This document shows, piece by piece, positions 1 to 10,759 of a stretch of 64,000 nucleotides of DNA. Within the stretch, counting starts at the first letter, position 1. Each line of letters starts with the position of its first letter. A model generated the notes under the pieces. The model worked only from the letters and a program-made list of their open reading frames with translations. It had not been told where the DNA came from and ran no database searches. The translations under genes and the position numbers were made by a program. The DNA comes from the human T2T-CHM13v2.0 reference genome, Homo sapiens: the NCBI RefSeq assembly GCF_009914755.1, contig NC_060932.1; one strand, 5' to 3'.

Positions 1-694
1 GCTTTGAGGATTTCGTTGGAAACGGGAATATCTTCAAATAAAATCTAGCCAGAAGCATTCTAAGAAACATCTTAGGGATGTTTACATTCAAGTCACAGAG
101 TTGAACATTCCCTTTCACAGAGCAGGTTTGAAACAATCTTCTCGTACTATCTGGCAGTGGACATTTTGAGCTCTTTGGGGCCTATGCTGAAAAAGGAAAT
201 ATCTTCCGACAAAAACTAGTCAGAAGCATTCGCAGAATCACGTTTGTGATGTGTGCACTCAACTGTCAGAATTGAACCTTGGTTTGGAGAGAGCACTTTT
301 GAAACACACTTTTTGTAGAATCTGCAGGTGGATATTTGGCTAGCTTTGAGGATTTCGTTGGAAACGGTAATGTCTTCAAAGAAAATCTAGACAGAAGCAT
401 TCTCAGAAACACCTTCGTGATGTTTGCAATCAAGTCACAGAGTTGAACCTTCCGTTTCATAGAGCAGGTTGGAAACACACTTTTTGTAGTATCTGGAAGT
501 GGACATTTGGAGGGCTTTGTAGCCTATCTGGAAAAAGGAAATATCTTCCCATGAATGCGAGATAGATGTAATCTCAGAAACATGTTTATGCTGTATCTAC
601 TCAACTAACTGTGCTGAACATTTCTATTGATAGAGCAGTTTTGAGACACTCTTCTTTTGGAATCTGCAAGTGGATATTTGGATAGATTTGAGGA

Positions 695-711
695 TTTCGT
701 TGGAAACGGGA
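695..711 (+). promoter_or_regulatory. CENP-B box, intact (monomer a); representative of the boxes in monomers a, c, d, h, j and hybrid c/f
   Basis: TTTCGTTGGAAACGGGA matches the core NTTCGNNNNANNCGGGN. Others in the first 11-mer are at 1033-1049 (c), 1204-1220 (d), 1887-1903 (h) and 2225-2241 (j). Confidence 0.95.
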
Positions 712-1545
712 TTATATATCAAAAGTAGACAGCAGCATTCTCAGAAACTTCTTTGTGATGTTTGCATCCAGCTCTCAGAGTTGAACATTCCCTTTCATAG
801 AGTAGGTTTGAAACCCTCTTTTTATAGTGTCTGGAAGCGGGCATTTGGAGCGCTTTCAGGCCTATGCTGAAAAAGGAAATATCTACCTATAGAAACTAGA
901 CAGAAGCATTCTGAGAATCACGTTTCTGATGTGGGTACTCAACTAACAGTGTTGATCCATTCTTTTGATACAGCAGTTTTGAACCACACTTTTTGTAGAA
1001 TCTGCAAGTGGATATTTGGATAGCTGTGAGGATTTCGTTGGAAACGGGAATGTCTTCATAGAAAATTTAGACAGAAGCATTCTCAGAACCTTGATTGTGA
1101 TGTGTGTTCTCCACTAACAGAGTTGAAACTTTCTTTTGACAGAACTGTTCTGAAACATTCTTTTTATAGAATCTGGAAGTGGATATTTGGAAAGCTTTGA
1201 GGATTTCGTTGGAAACGGGAATATCTTCAAATCAAATCTAGCCAGAAGCATTCTAAGAAACAGCTTAGGGATGTTTACATTCAAGTCACAGAGTTGAACA
1301 TTCCCTTTCACAGAGCAGGTTTGAAACAATCTTCTCGTACTATCTGGCAGTGGACATTTTGAGCTCCTTGGGGCCTATGCTGAAAAAGGAAATATCTTCC
1401 GACAAAAACTAGACAGAAGCATTCGCAGAATCACGTTTGTGATGTGTGCACTCAACTGTCAGAATTGAACCTTGGTTTGGAGAGAGCACTCTTGAAACAC
1501 TCTTTTTGTAGAATCTGCAGGTGGATATTTGGCTAGCTTTGAGGA

Positions 1546-1562
1546 TTTCGTTGGAAACGGTA
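1546..1562 (+). promoter_or_regulatory. Degenerate CENP-B box (monomer f), predicted non-binding
   Basis: TTTCGTTGGAAACGGTA: the core CGGG is changed to CGGT in every f monomer I read. Confidence 0.8.
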
Positions 1563-1716
1563 ATGTCTTCAAAGAAAATCTAGACAGAAGCATTCTCCGA
1601 AACACCTTCGTGATGTTTGCAATCAAGTCACAGAGTTGAACCTTCCGTTTCATAGAGCAGGTTGGAAACACTCTTTTTGTAGTATCTGGAAGTGGACATT
1701 TGGAGTGCTTTCAGGC

Positions 1717-1733
1717 CTATGGTGAAAAAGGAA
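1717..1733 (+). promoter_or_regulatory. pJ-alpha (A-type) box of monomer g; variants occur in b, e, i, k
   Basis: CTATGGTGAAAAAGGAA sits at the position homologous to the CENP-B box. Confidence 0.8.
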
Positions 1734-2436
1734 ATATCTTCCCATAAAAACGACATAGAAGCTATCTCAGGAACTTGTTTATGATGCATCTAATCAACTA
1801 ACAGTGTTGAACCTTTGTACTGACAGAGCACTTTGAAACACTCTTTTTTTGGAATCTGCAAGTGGATATTTGGATCGCTTTGAGGATTTCGTTGGAAACG
1901 GGATGCAATATAAAACGTACACAGCAGCATACTCAGAAAATACTTTGCCATATTTCCATTCAAGTCACAGAGTGGAACATTCCCATTCATAGAGCAGGTT
2001 TGAAACACTCTTTTTGGAGTATCTGGAAGTGGACATTTGGAGCGCTTTCTGAACTATGGTGAAAAAGGAAATATCTTCCAATGAAAACAAGACAGAAGCA
2101 TTCTGAGAAACTTATTTGTGATGTGTGTCCTCAACAAACGGACTTGAACCTTTCGTTTCATGCAGTACTTCTGGAACACTCTTTTTGAAGATTCTGCATG
2201 CGGATATTTGGATAGCTTTGAGGATTTCGTTGGAAACGGGCTTACATGTAAAAATTAGACAGCAGCATTCTCAGAAACTTCTTTGTGGTGTCTGCATTCA
2301 AGTCACAGAATTGAACATCCCCTCACATAGAGCAGTTGTGCAGCACTCTATTTGTAGTATCTGGAAGTGGACATTTGGAGGGCTTTGTAGCCTATCTGGA
2401 AAAAGGAAATATCTTCCCATGAATGCGAGATAGAAG

Positions 2437-3792
2437 TAATCTCAGAAACATGTTTATGCTGTATCTACTCAACTAACTGTGCTGAACATTTCTATTGATA
2501 GAGCAGTTTTGAGACACTCTTCTTTTGGAATCTGCAAGTGGATATTTGGATAGATTTGAGGATTTCGTTGGAAACGGGATTATATATAAAAAGTAGACAG
2601 CAGCATTCTCAGAAACTTCTTTGTGATGTTTGCATCCAGCTCTCAGAGTTGAACATTCCCTTTCATAGAGTAGGTTTGAAACCCTCTTTTTATAGTGTCT
2701 GGAAGCGGGCATTTGGAGCGCTTTCAGGCCTATGCTTAAAATAGGAAATATCTACCTACAGAAACTAGACAGAAGCATTCTGAGAATCACGTTTGTGATG
2801 TGGGTACTCAACTAACAGTGTTGATCCATTCTTTTGATACAGCAGTTTTGAACCACACTTTTTGTAGAATCTGCAAGAGGATATTTGGATAGCTGTGAGG
2901 ATTTCGTTGGAAACGGGAATGTCTTCAAAGAAAATCTAGACAGAAGCATTCTCAGAAACACCTTCGTGATGTTTGCAATCAAGTCACAGAGTTGAACCTT
3001 CCGTTTCATAGAGCAGGTTGGAAACACTCTTATTGTAGTATCTGGAAGTGGACATTTGGAGCGCTTTCAGGCCTATGGTGAAAAAGGAAATATCTTCCCA
3101 TAAAAACGACATAGAAGCTATCTCAGGAACTTGTTTATGATGCATCTAATCAACTAACAGTGTTGAACCTTTGTACTGACAGAGCACTTTGAAACACTCT
3201 TTTTTTGGAATCTGCAAGTGGATATTTGGATCGCTTTGAGGATTTCGTTGGAAACGGGATGCAATATAAAACGTACACAGCAGCATACTCAGAAAATACT
3301 TTGCCATATTTCCATTCAAGTCACAGAGTGGAACATTCCCATTCATAGAGCAGGTTGGAAACACTCTTTTTGGAGTATCTGGAAGTGGACATTTGGAGCG
3401 CTTTCTGAACTATGGTGAAAAAGGAAATATCTTCCAATGAAAACAAGACAGAAGCATTCTGAGAAACTTATTTGTGATGTGTGTCCTCAACAAACGGACT
3501 TGAACCTTTCGTTTCATGCAGTACTTCTGGAACACTCTTTTTGAAGATTCTGCATGCGGATATTTGGATAGCTTTGAGGATTTCGTTGGAAACGGGCTTA
3601 CATGTAAAAATTAGACAGCAGCATTCTCAGAAACTTCTTTGTGGTGTCTGCATTCAAGTCACAGAATTGAACTTCTCCTCACATAGAGCAGTTGTGCAGC
3701 ACTCTATTTGTAGTATCTGGAAGTGGACATTTGGAGGGCTTTGTAGCCTATCTGGAAAAAGGAAATATCTTCCCATGAATGCGAGATAGAAG
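2437..3792 (+). repeat. 8-mer HOR variant (1356 bp; a b c/f g h i j k), first of 21 complete copies
   Basis: Copies start at 2437, 8048, 9404, 11953, 13309 (1357 bp), 14666, 18408, 19764, 21120, 24862, 30472, 31828 (1357 bp), 33185, 36927, 38283, 39639, 43381, 47798, 56471, 57827, 59183; a partial copy starts at 62925. Spacing was read from recurring ORF coordinates and spot-checked in the sequence. Linked markers: CTTAAAATAGG in b, GCAAGAGGA in c, CTCTTATTG in g. Confidence 0.95.
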
Positions 3793-4985
3793 TAATCTCA
3801 GAAACATGTTTATGCTGTATCTACTCAACTAACTGTGCTGAACATTTCTATTGATAGAGCAGTTTTGAGACCCTCTTCTTTTGGAATCTGCAAGTGGATA
3901 TTTGGATAGATTTGAGGATTTCGTTGGAAACGGGATTATATATAAAAAGTAGACAGCAGCATTCTCAGAAACTTCTTTGTGATGTTTGCATCCAGCTCTC
4001 AGAGTTGAACATTCCCTTTCATAATGTAGGTTTGAAACCCTCTTTTTATAGTGTCTGGAAGCGGGCATTTGGAGCGCTTTCAGGCCTATGCTGAAAAAGG
4101 AAATATCTACATATAGAAACTAGACAGAAGCATTCTGAGAATCAAGTTTGTGATGTGGGTACTCAACTAACAGTGTTGATCCATTCTTTTGATACAGCAG
4201 TTTTGAACCACACTTTTTGTAGAATCTGCAAGTGGATATTTGGATAGCTGTGAGGATTTCGTTGGAAACGGGAATGTCTTCATAGAAAATTTAGACAGAA
4301 GCATTCTCAGAACCTTGATTGTGATGTGTGTTCTCCACTAACAGAGTTGAACCTTTCTTTTGACAGAACTGTTCTGAAACATTCTTTTTATAGAATCTGG
4401 AAGTGGATATTTGGAAAGCTTTGAGGATTTCGTTGGAAACGGGAATATCTTCAAATAAAATCTAGCCAGAAGCATTCTAAGAAACATCTTAGGGATGTTT
4501 ACATTCAAGTCACAGAGTTGAACATTCCCTTTCACAGAGCAGGTTTGAAACAATCTTCTCGTACTATCTGGCAGTGGACATTTTGAGCTCTTTGGGGCCT
4601 ATGCTGAAAAAGGAAATATCTTCCGACAAAAACTAGTCAGAAGCATTCGCAGAATCCCGTTTGTGATGTGTGCACTCAACTGTCAGAATTGAACCTTGGT
4701 TTGGAGAGAGCACTTTTGAAACACACTTTTTGTAGAATCTGCAGGTGGATATTTGGCTAGCTTTGAGGATTTCGTTGGAAACGGTAATGTCTTCAAAGAA
4801 AATCTAGACAGAAGCATTCTCAGAAACACCTTCGTGATGTTTGCAATCAAGTCACAGAGTTGAACCTTCCGTTTCATAGAGCAGGTTGGAAACACACTTT
4901 TTGTAGTATCTGGAAGTGGACATTTGGAGGGCTTTGTAGCCTATCTGGAAAAAGGAAATATCTTCCCATGAATGCGAGATAGATG
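3793..4985 (+). repeat. 7-mer HOR variant (1193 bp; a b c d e f g/k), first of 19 complete copies
   Basis: Copies start at 3793, 6855, 10760, 16022, 17215, 22476, 23669, 26218, 29279, 34541, 35734, 40995, 42188, 44737, 49154, 52216, 55277 (1194 bp), 60539, 61732; bases 1-568 are a partial copy. The start of monomer g (AAACACCTTCGTG) is joined to the end of monomer k (GGAGGGCTTTGTAGCC). Confidence 0.95.
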
Positions 4986-6854
4986 TAATCTCAGAAACAT
5001 GTTTATGCTGTATCTACTCAACTAACTGTGCTGAACATTTCTATTGATAGAGCAGTTTTGAGACACTCTTCTTTTGGAATCTGCAAGTGGATATTTGGAT
5101 AGATTTGAGGATTTCGTTGGAAACGGGATTATATATAAAAAGTAGACAGCAGCATTCTCAGAAACTTCTTTGTGATGTTTGCATCCAGCTCTCAGAGTTG
5201 AACATTCCCTTTCATAGAGTAGGTTTGAAACCCTCTTTTTATAGTGTCTAGAAGCGGGCATTTGGAGCGCTTACAGGCCTATGCTTAAAATAGGAAATAT
5301 CCACCTACAGAAACTAGACAGAAGCATTCTGAGAATCACGTTTGTGATGTGGGTACTCAACTAACAGTGTTGATCCATTCTTTTGATACAGCAGTTTTGA
5401 ACCACACTTTTTGTAGAATCTGCAAGTGGATATTTGGATAGCTGTGAGGATTTCGTTGGAAACGGGAATGTCTTCTTAGAAAACTTAGACAGAAGCATTC
5501 TCAGAGCCTTGATTGTGATGTGTGTTCTCCACTAACAGAGTTGAACCTTTCTTTTGACAGAACTGTTCTGAAACATTCTTTTTATAGAATCTGAAAGTGG
5601 ATATTTGGAAAGCTTTGAGGATTTCGTTGGAAACGGGAATATCTTCAAATCAAATCTAGCCAGAAGCATTCTAAGAAACATCTTAGGGATGTTTACATTC
5701 AAGTCACAGAGTTGAACATTCCCTTTCACAGAGCAGGTTTGAAACAATCTTCTCGTACTATCTGGCAGTGGACATTTTGAGCTCCTTGGGGCCTATGCTG
5801 AAAATTGAAATATCTTCCAACAAAAACTAGACAGAAGCATTCGCAGAATCACGTTTGTGATGTGTGCACTCAACTGTCAGAATTGAACCTTGGTTTGGAC
5901 AGAGCACTTTTGAAACACTCTTTTTGTAGAATCTGCAGGTGGATATTTGGCTAGCTTTGAGGATTTCGTTGGAAACGGTAATGTCTTCAAAGAAAATCTA
6001 GACAGAAGCATTCTCAGAAACACCTTCGTGATGTTTGCAATCAAGTCACAGAGTTGAACCTTCCGTTTCATAGAGCAGGTTGGAAACACTCTTTTTGTAG
6101 TATCTGGAAGTGGACATTTGGAGCGCTTTCAGGCCTATGGTGAAAAAGGAAATATCTTCCCATAAAAACGACATAGAAGCTATCTCAGGAACTTGTTTAT
6201 GATGCATCTAATCAACTAACAGTATTGAACCTTTGTACTGACAGAGCAGTTTGAAACACTCTTTTTTTGGAATCTGCAAGTGGATATTTGGATCGCTTTG
6301 AGGATTTCGTTGGAAACGGGATGCAATATAAAACGTACACAGCAGCATACTCAGAAAATACTTTGCCATATTTCCATTCAAGTCACAGAGTGGAACATTC
6401 CCATTCATAGAGCAGGTTTGAAACACTCTTTTTGGAGTATCTGGAAGTGGACATTTGGAGCGCTTTCTGAACTATGGTGAAAAAGGAAATAACTTCCAAT
6501 GAAAACAAGACAGAAGCATTCTGAGAAACTTATTTGTGATGTGTGTCCTCAACAAACGGACTTGAACCTTTCGTTTCATGCAGTACTTCTGGAACACTCT
6601 TTTTGAAGATTCTGCATGCGGATATTTGGATAGCTTTGAGGATTTCGTTGGAAACGGGCTTACATGTAAAAATTAGACAGCAGCATTCTCAGAAACTTCT
6701 TTGTGGTGTCTGCATTCAAGTCACAGAATTGAACTTCCCCTCACATAGAGCAGTTGTGCAGCACTCTATTTGTAGTATCTGGAAGTGGACATTTGGAGGG
6801 CTTTGTAGCCTATCTGGAAAAAGGAAATATCTTCCCATGAATGCGAGATAGAAG
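4986..6854 (+). repeat. 11-mer HOR (1869 bp), divergent haplotype 2
   Basis: All 11 monomers are present. Carries the +1 CTTAAAATAGG allele and variants TCTAGAAGC, CTTACAGG, CTTAGAAAACTT, CTGAAAGT, AAAATTGAAA and AATAACTT. Confidence 0.93.
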
Positions 6855-9800
6855 TAATCTCAGAAACATGTTTATGCTGTATCTACTCAACTAACTGTGC
6901 TGAACATTTCTATTGATAGAGCAGTTTTGAGACACTCTTCTTTTGGAATCTGCAAGTGGATATTTGGATAGATTTGAGGATTTCGTTGGAAACGGGATGA
7001 TATATAAAAAGTAGACAGCAGCATTCTCAGAAACTTCTTTGTGATGTTTGCATCCAGCTCTCAGAGTTGAACATTCCCTTTCATAGAGTAGGTTTGAAAC
7101 CCTCTTTTTATAGTGTCTGGAAGCGGGCATTTGGAGCGCTTTCAGGCCTATGCTGAAAAAGGAAATATCTACCTATAGAAACTAGACAGAAGCATTCTGA
7201 GAATCACGTTTCTGATGTGGGTACTCAACTAACAGTGTTGATCCATTCTTTTGATACAGCAGTTTTGAACCACACTTTTTGTAGAATCTGCAAGTGGATA
7301 TTTGGATAGCTGTGAGGATTTCGTTGGAAACGGGAATGTCTTCATAGAAAATTTAGACAGAAGCATTCTCAGAACCTTGATTGTGATGTGTGTTCTCCAC
7401 TAACAGAGTTGAACCTTTCTTTTGACAGAACTGTTCTGAAACATTCTTTTTATAGAATCTGGAAGTGGATATTTGGAAAGCTTTGAGGATTTCGTTGGAA
7501 ACGGGAATATCTTCAAATCAAATCTAGCCAGAAGCATTCTAAGAAACATCTTAGGGATGTTTACATTCAAGTCACAGAGTTGAACATTCCCTTTCACAGA
7601 GCAGGTTTGAAACAATCTTCTCGTACTATCTGGCAGTGGACATTTTGAGCTCCTTGGGGCCTATGCTGAAAAAGGAAATATCTTCCGACAAAAACTAGAC
7701 AGAAGCATTCGCAGAATCACGTTTGTGATGTGTGCACTCAACTGTCAGAATTGAACCTTGGTTTGGACAGAGCACTTTTGAAACACTCTTTTTGTAGAAT
7801 CTGCAGGTGGATATTTGGCTAGCTTTGAGGATTTCGTTGGAAACGGTAATGTCTTCAAAGAAAATCTAGACAGAAGCATTCTCAGAAACACCTTCGTGAT
7901 GTTTGCAATCAAGTCACAGAGTTGAACCTTCCGTTTCATAGAGCAGGTTGGAAACACTCTTTTTGTAGTATCTGGAAGTGGACATTTGGAGGGCTTTGTA
8001 GCCTATCTGGAAAAAGGAAATATCTTCCCATGAATGCGAGATAGAAGTAATCTCAGAAACATGTTTATGCTGTATCTACTCAACTAACTGTGCTGAACAT
8101 TTCTATTGATAGAGCAGTTTTGAGACACTCTTCTTTTGGAATCTGCAAGTGGATATTTGGATAGATTTGAGGATTTCGTTGGAAACGGGATTATATATAA
8201 AAAGTAGACAGCAGCATTCTCAGAAACTTCTTTGTGATGTTTGCATCCAGCTCTCAGAGTTGAACATTCCCTTTCATAGAGTAGGTTTGAAACCCTCTTT
8301 TTATAGTGTCTGGAAGCGGGCATTTGGAGCGCTTTCAGGCCTATGCTTAAAATAGGAAATATCTACCTATAGAAACTAGACAGAAGCATTCTGAGAATCA
8401 CGTTTGTGATGTGGGTACTCAACTAACAGTGTTGATCCATTCTTTTGATACAGCAGTTTTGAACCACACTTTTTGTAGAATCTGCAAGAGGATATTTGGA
8501 TAGCTGTGAGGATTTCGTTGGAAACGGGAATGTCTTCAAAGAAAATCTAGACAGAAGCATTCTCAGAAACACCTTCGTGATGTTTGCAATCAAGTCACAG
8601 AGTTGAACCTTCCGTTTCATAGAGCAGGTTGGAAACACTCTTATTGTAGTATCTGGAAGGGGACATTTGGAGCGCTTTCAGGCCTATGGTGAAAAAGGAA
8701 ATATCTTCCCATAAAAACGACATAGAAGCTGTCTCAGGAACTTGTTTATGATGCATCTAATCAACTAACAGTGTTGAACCTTTGTACTGACAGAGCAGTT
8801 TGAAACACTCTTTTTTTGGAATCTGCAAGTGGATATTTGGATCGCTTTGAGGATTTCGTTGGAAACGGGATGCAATATAAAACGTACACAGCAGCATACT
8901 CAGAAAATACTTTGCCATATTTCCATTCAAGTCACAGAGTGGAACATTCCCATTCATAGAGCAGGTTTGAAACACTCTTTTTGGAGTATCTGGAAGTGGA
9001 CATTTGGAGCGCTTTCTGAACTATGGTGAAAAAGGAAATATCTTCCAATGAAAACAAGACAGAAGCATTCTGAGAAACTTATTTGTGATGTGTGTCCTCA
9101 ACAAACGGACTTGAACCTTTCGTTTCATGCAGTACTTCTGGAACACTCTTTTTGAAGATTCTGCATGCGGATATTTGGATAGCTTTGAGGATTTCGTTGG
9201 AAACGGGCTTACATGTAAAAATTAGACAGCAGCATTCTCAGAAACTTCTTTGTGGTGTCTGCATTCAAGTCACAGAATTGAACTTCCCCTCACATAGAGC
9301 AGTTGTGCAGCACTCTATTTGTAGTATCTGGAAGTGGACATTTGGAGGGCTTTGTAGCCTATCTGGAAAAAGGAAATATCTTCCCATGAATGCGAGATAG
9401 AAGTAATCTGAGAAACATGTTTATGCTGTATCTACTCAACTAACTGTGCTGAACATTTCTATTGATAGAGCAGTTTTGAGACCCTCTTCTTTTGGAATCT
9501 GCAAGTGGATATTTGGATAGATTTGAGGATTTCGTTGGAAACGGGATTATATATAAAAAGTAGACAGCAGCATTCTCAGAAACTTCTTTGTGATGTTTGC
9601 ATCCAGCTCTCAGAGTTGAACATTCCCTTTCATAGAGTAGGTTTGAAACCCTCTTTTTATAGTGTCTGGAAGCGGGCATTTGGAGCGCTTTCAGGCCTAT
9701 GCTTAAAATAGGAAATATCTACCTACAGAAACTAGACAGAAGCATTCTGAGAATCACGTTTGTGATGTGGGTACTCAACTAACAGTGTTGATCCATTCTT

Positions 9801-10759
9801 TTGATACAGCAGTTTTGAACCACACTTTTTGTAGAATCTGCAAGAGGATATTTGGATAGCTGTGAGGATTTCGTTGGAAACGGGAATGTCTTCAAAGAAA
9901 ATCTAGACAGAAGCATTCTCAGAAACACCTTCGTGATGTTTGCAATCAAGTCACAGAGTTGAACCTTCCGTTTCATAGAGCAGGTTGGAAACACTCTTAT
10001 TGTAGTATCTGGAAGTGGACATTTGGAGCGCTTTCAGGCCTATGGTGAAAAAGGAAATATCTTCCCATAAAAACGACATAGAAGCTATCTCAGGAACTTG
10101 TTTATGATGCATCTAATCAACTAACAGTGTTGAACCTTTGTACTGACAGAGCAGTTTGAAACACTCTTTTTTTGGAATCTGCAAGTGGATATTTGGATCA
10201 CTTTGAGGATTTCGTTGGAAACGGGATGCAATATAAAACGTACACAGCAGCATACTCAGAAAATACTTTGCCATGTTTCCATTCAAGTCACAGAGTGGAA
10301 CATTCCCATTCATAGAGCAGGTTGGAAACACTCTTTTAGGAGTATCTGGAAGTGGACATTTGGAGCGCTTTCTGAACTATGGTGAAAAAGGAAATATCTT
10401 CCAATGAAAACAAGACAGAAGCATTCTGAGAAACTTATTTGTGATGTGTGTCCTCAACAAACGGACTTGAACCTTTCGTTTCATGCAGTACTTCTGGAAC
10501 ACTCTTTTTGAAGATTCTGCATGCGGATATTTGGATAGCTTTGAGGATTTCGTTGGAAACGGCCTTACATGTAAAAATTAGACAGCAGCATTCTCAGAAA
10601 CTTCTTTGTGGTGTCTGCATTCAAGTCACAGAATTGAACTTCCCCTCACATAGAGCAGTTGTGCAGCACTCTATTTGTAGTATCTGGAAGTGGACATTTG
10701 GAGGGCTTTGTAGCCTATCTGGAAAAAGGAAATATCTTCCCATGAATGCGAGATAGAAG

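Larger units (their letters stand above)
569..2436 (+). repeat. Full 11-mer HOR (1868 bp), reference copy; haplotype 1
   Basis: Monomer starts: a 569, b 736, c 907, d 1078, e 1249, f 1420, g 1591, h 1762, i 1928, j 2099, k 2266. Lengths are 167,171,171,171,171,171,171,166,171,167,171. Markers: GTTGAAACTT in d, CACTCTTGAA in f, CATTCTCCGA and GGAGTGC in g, GAACATCCC in k. Confidence 0.95.

Noticed and set aside
2580-2592. TATA-like TTATATATAAAA in monomer a
   Set aside because: It is part of the repeat consensus. Sequence alone gives no support for promoter activity, although alpha-satellite transcription is known in general.
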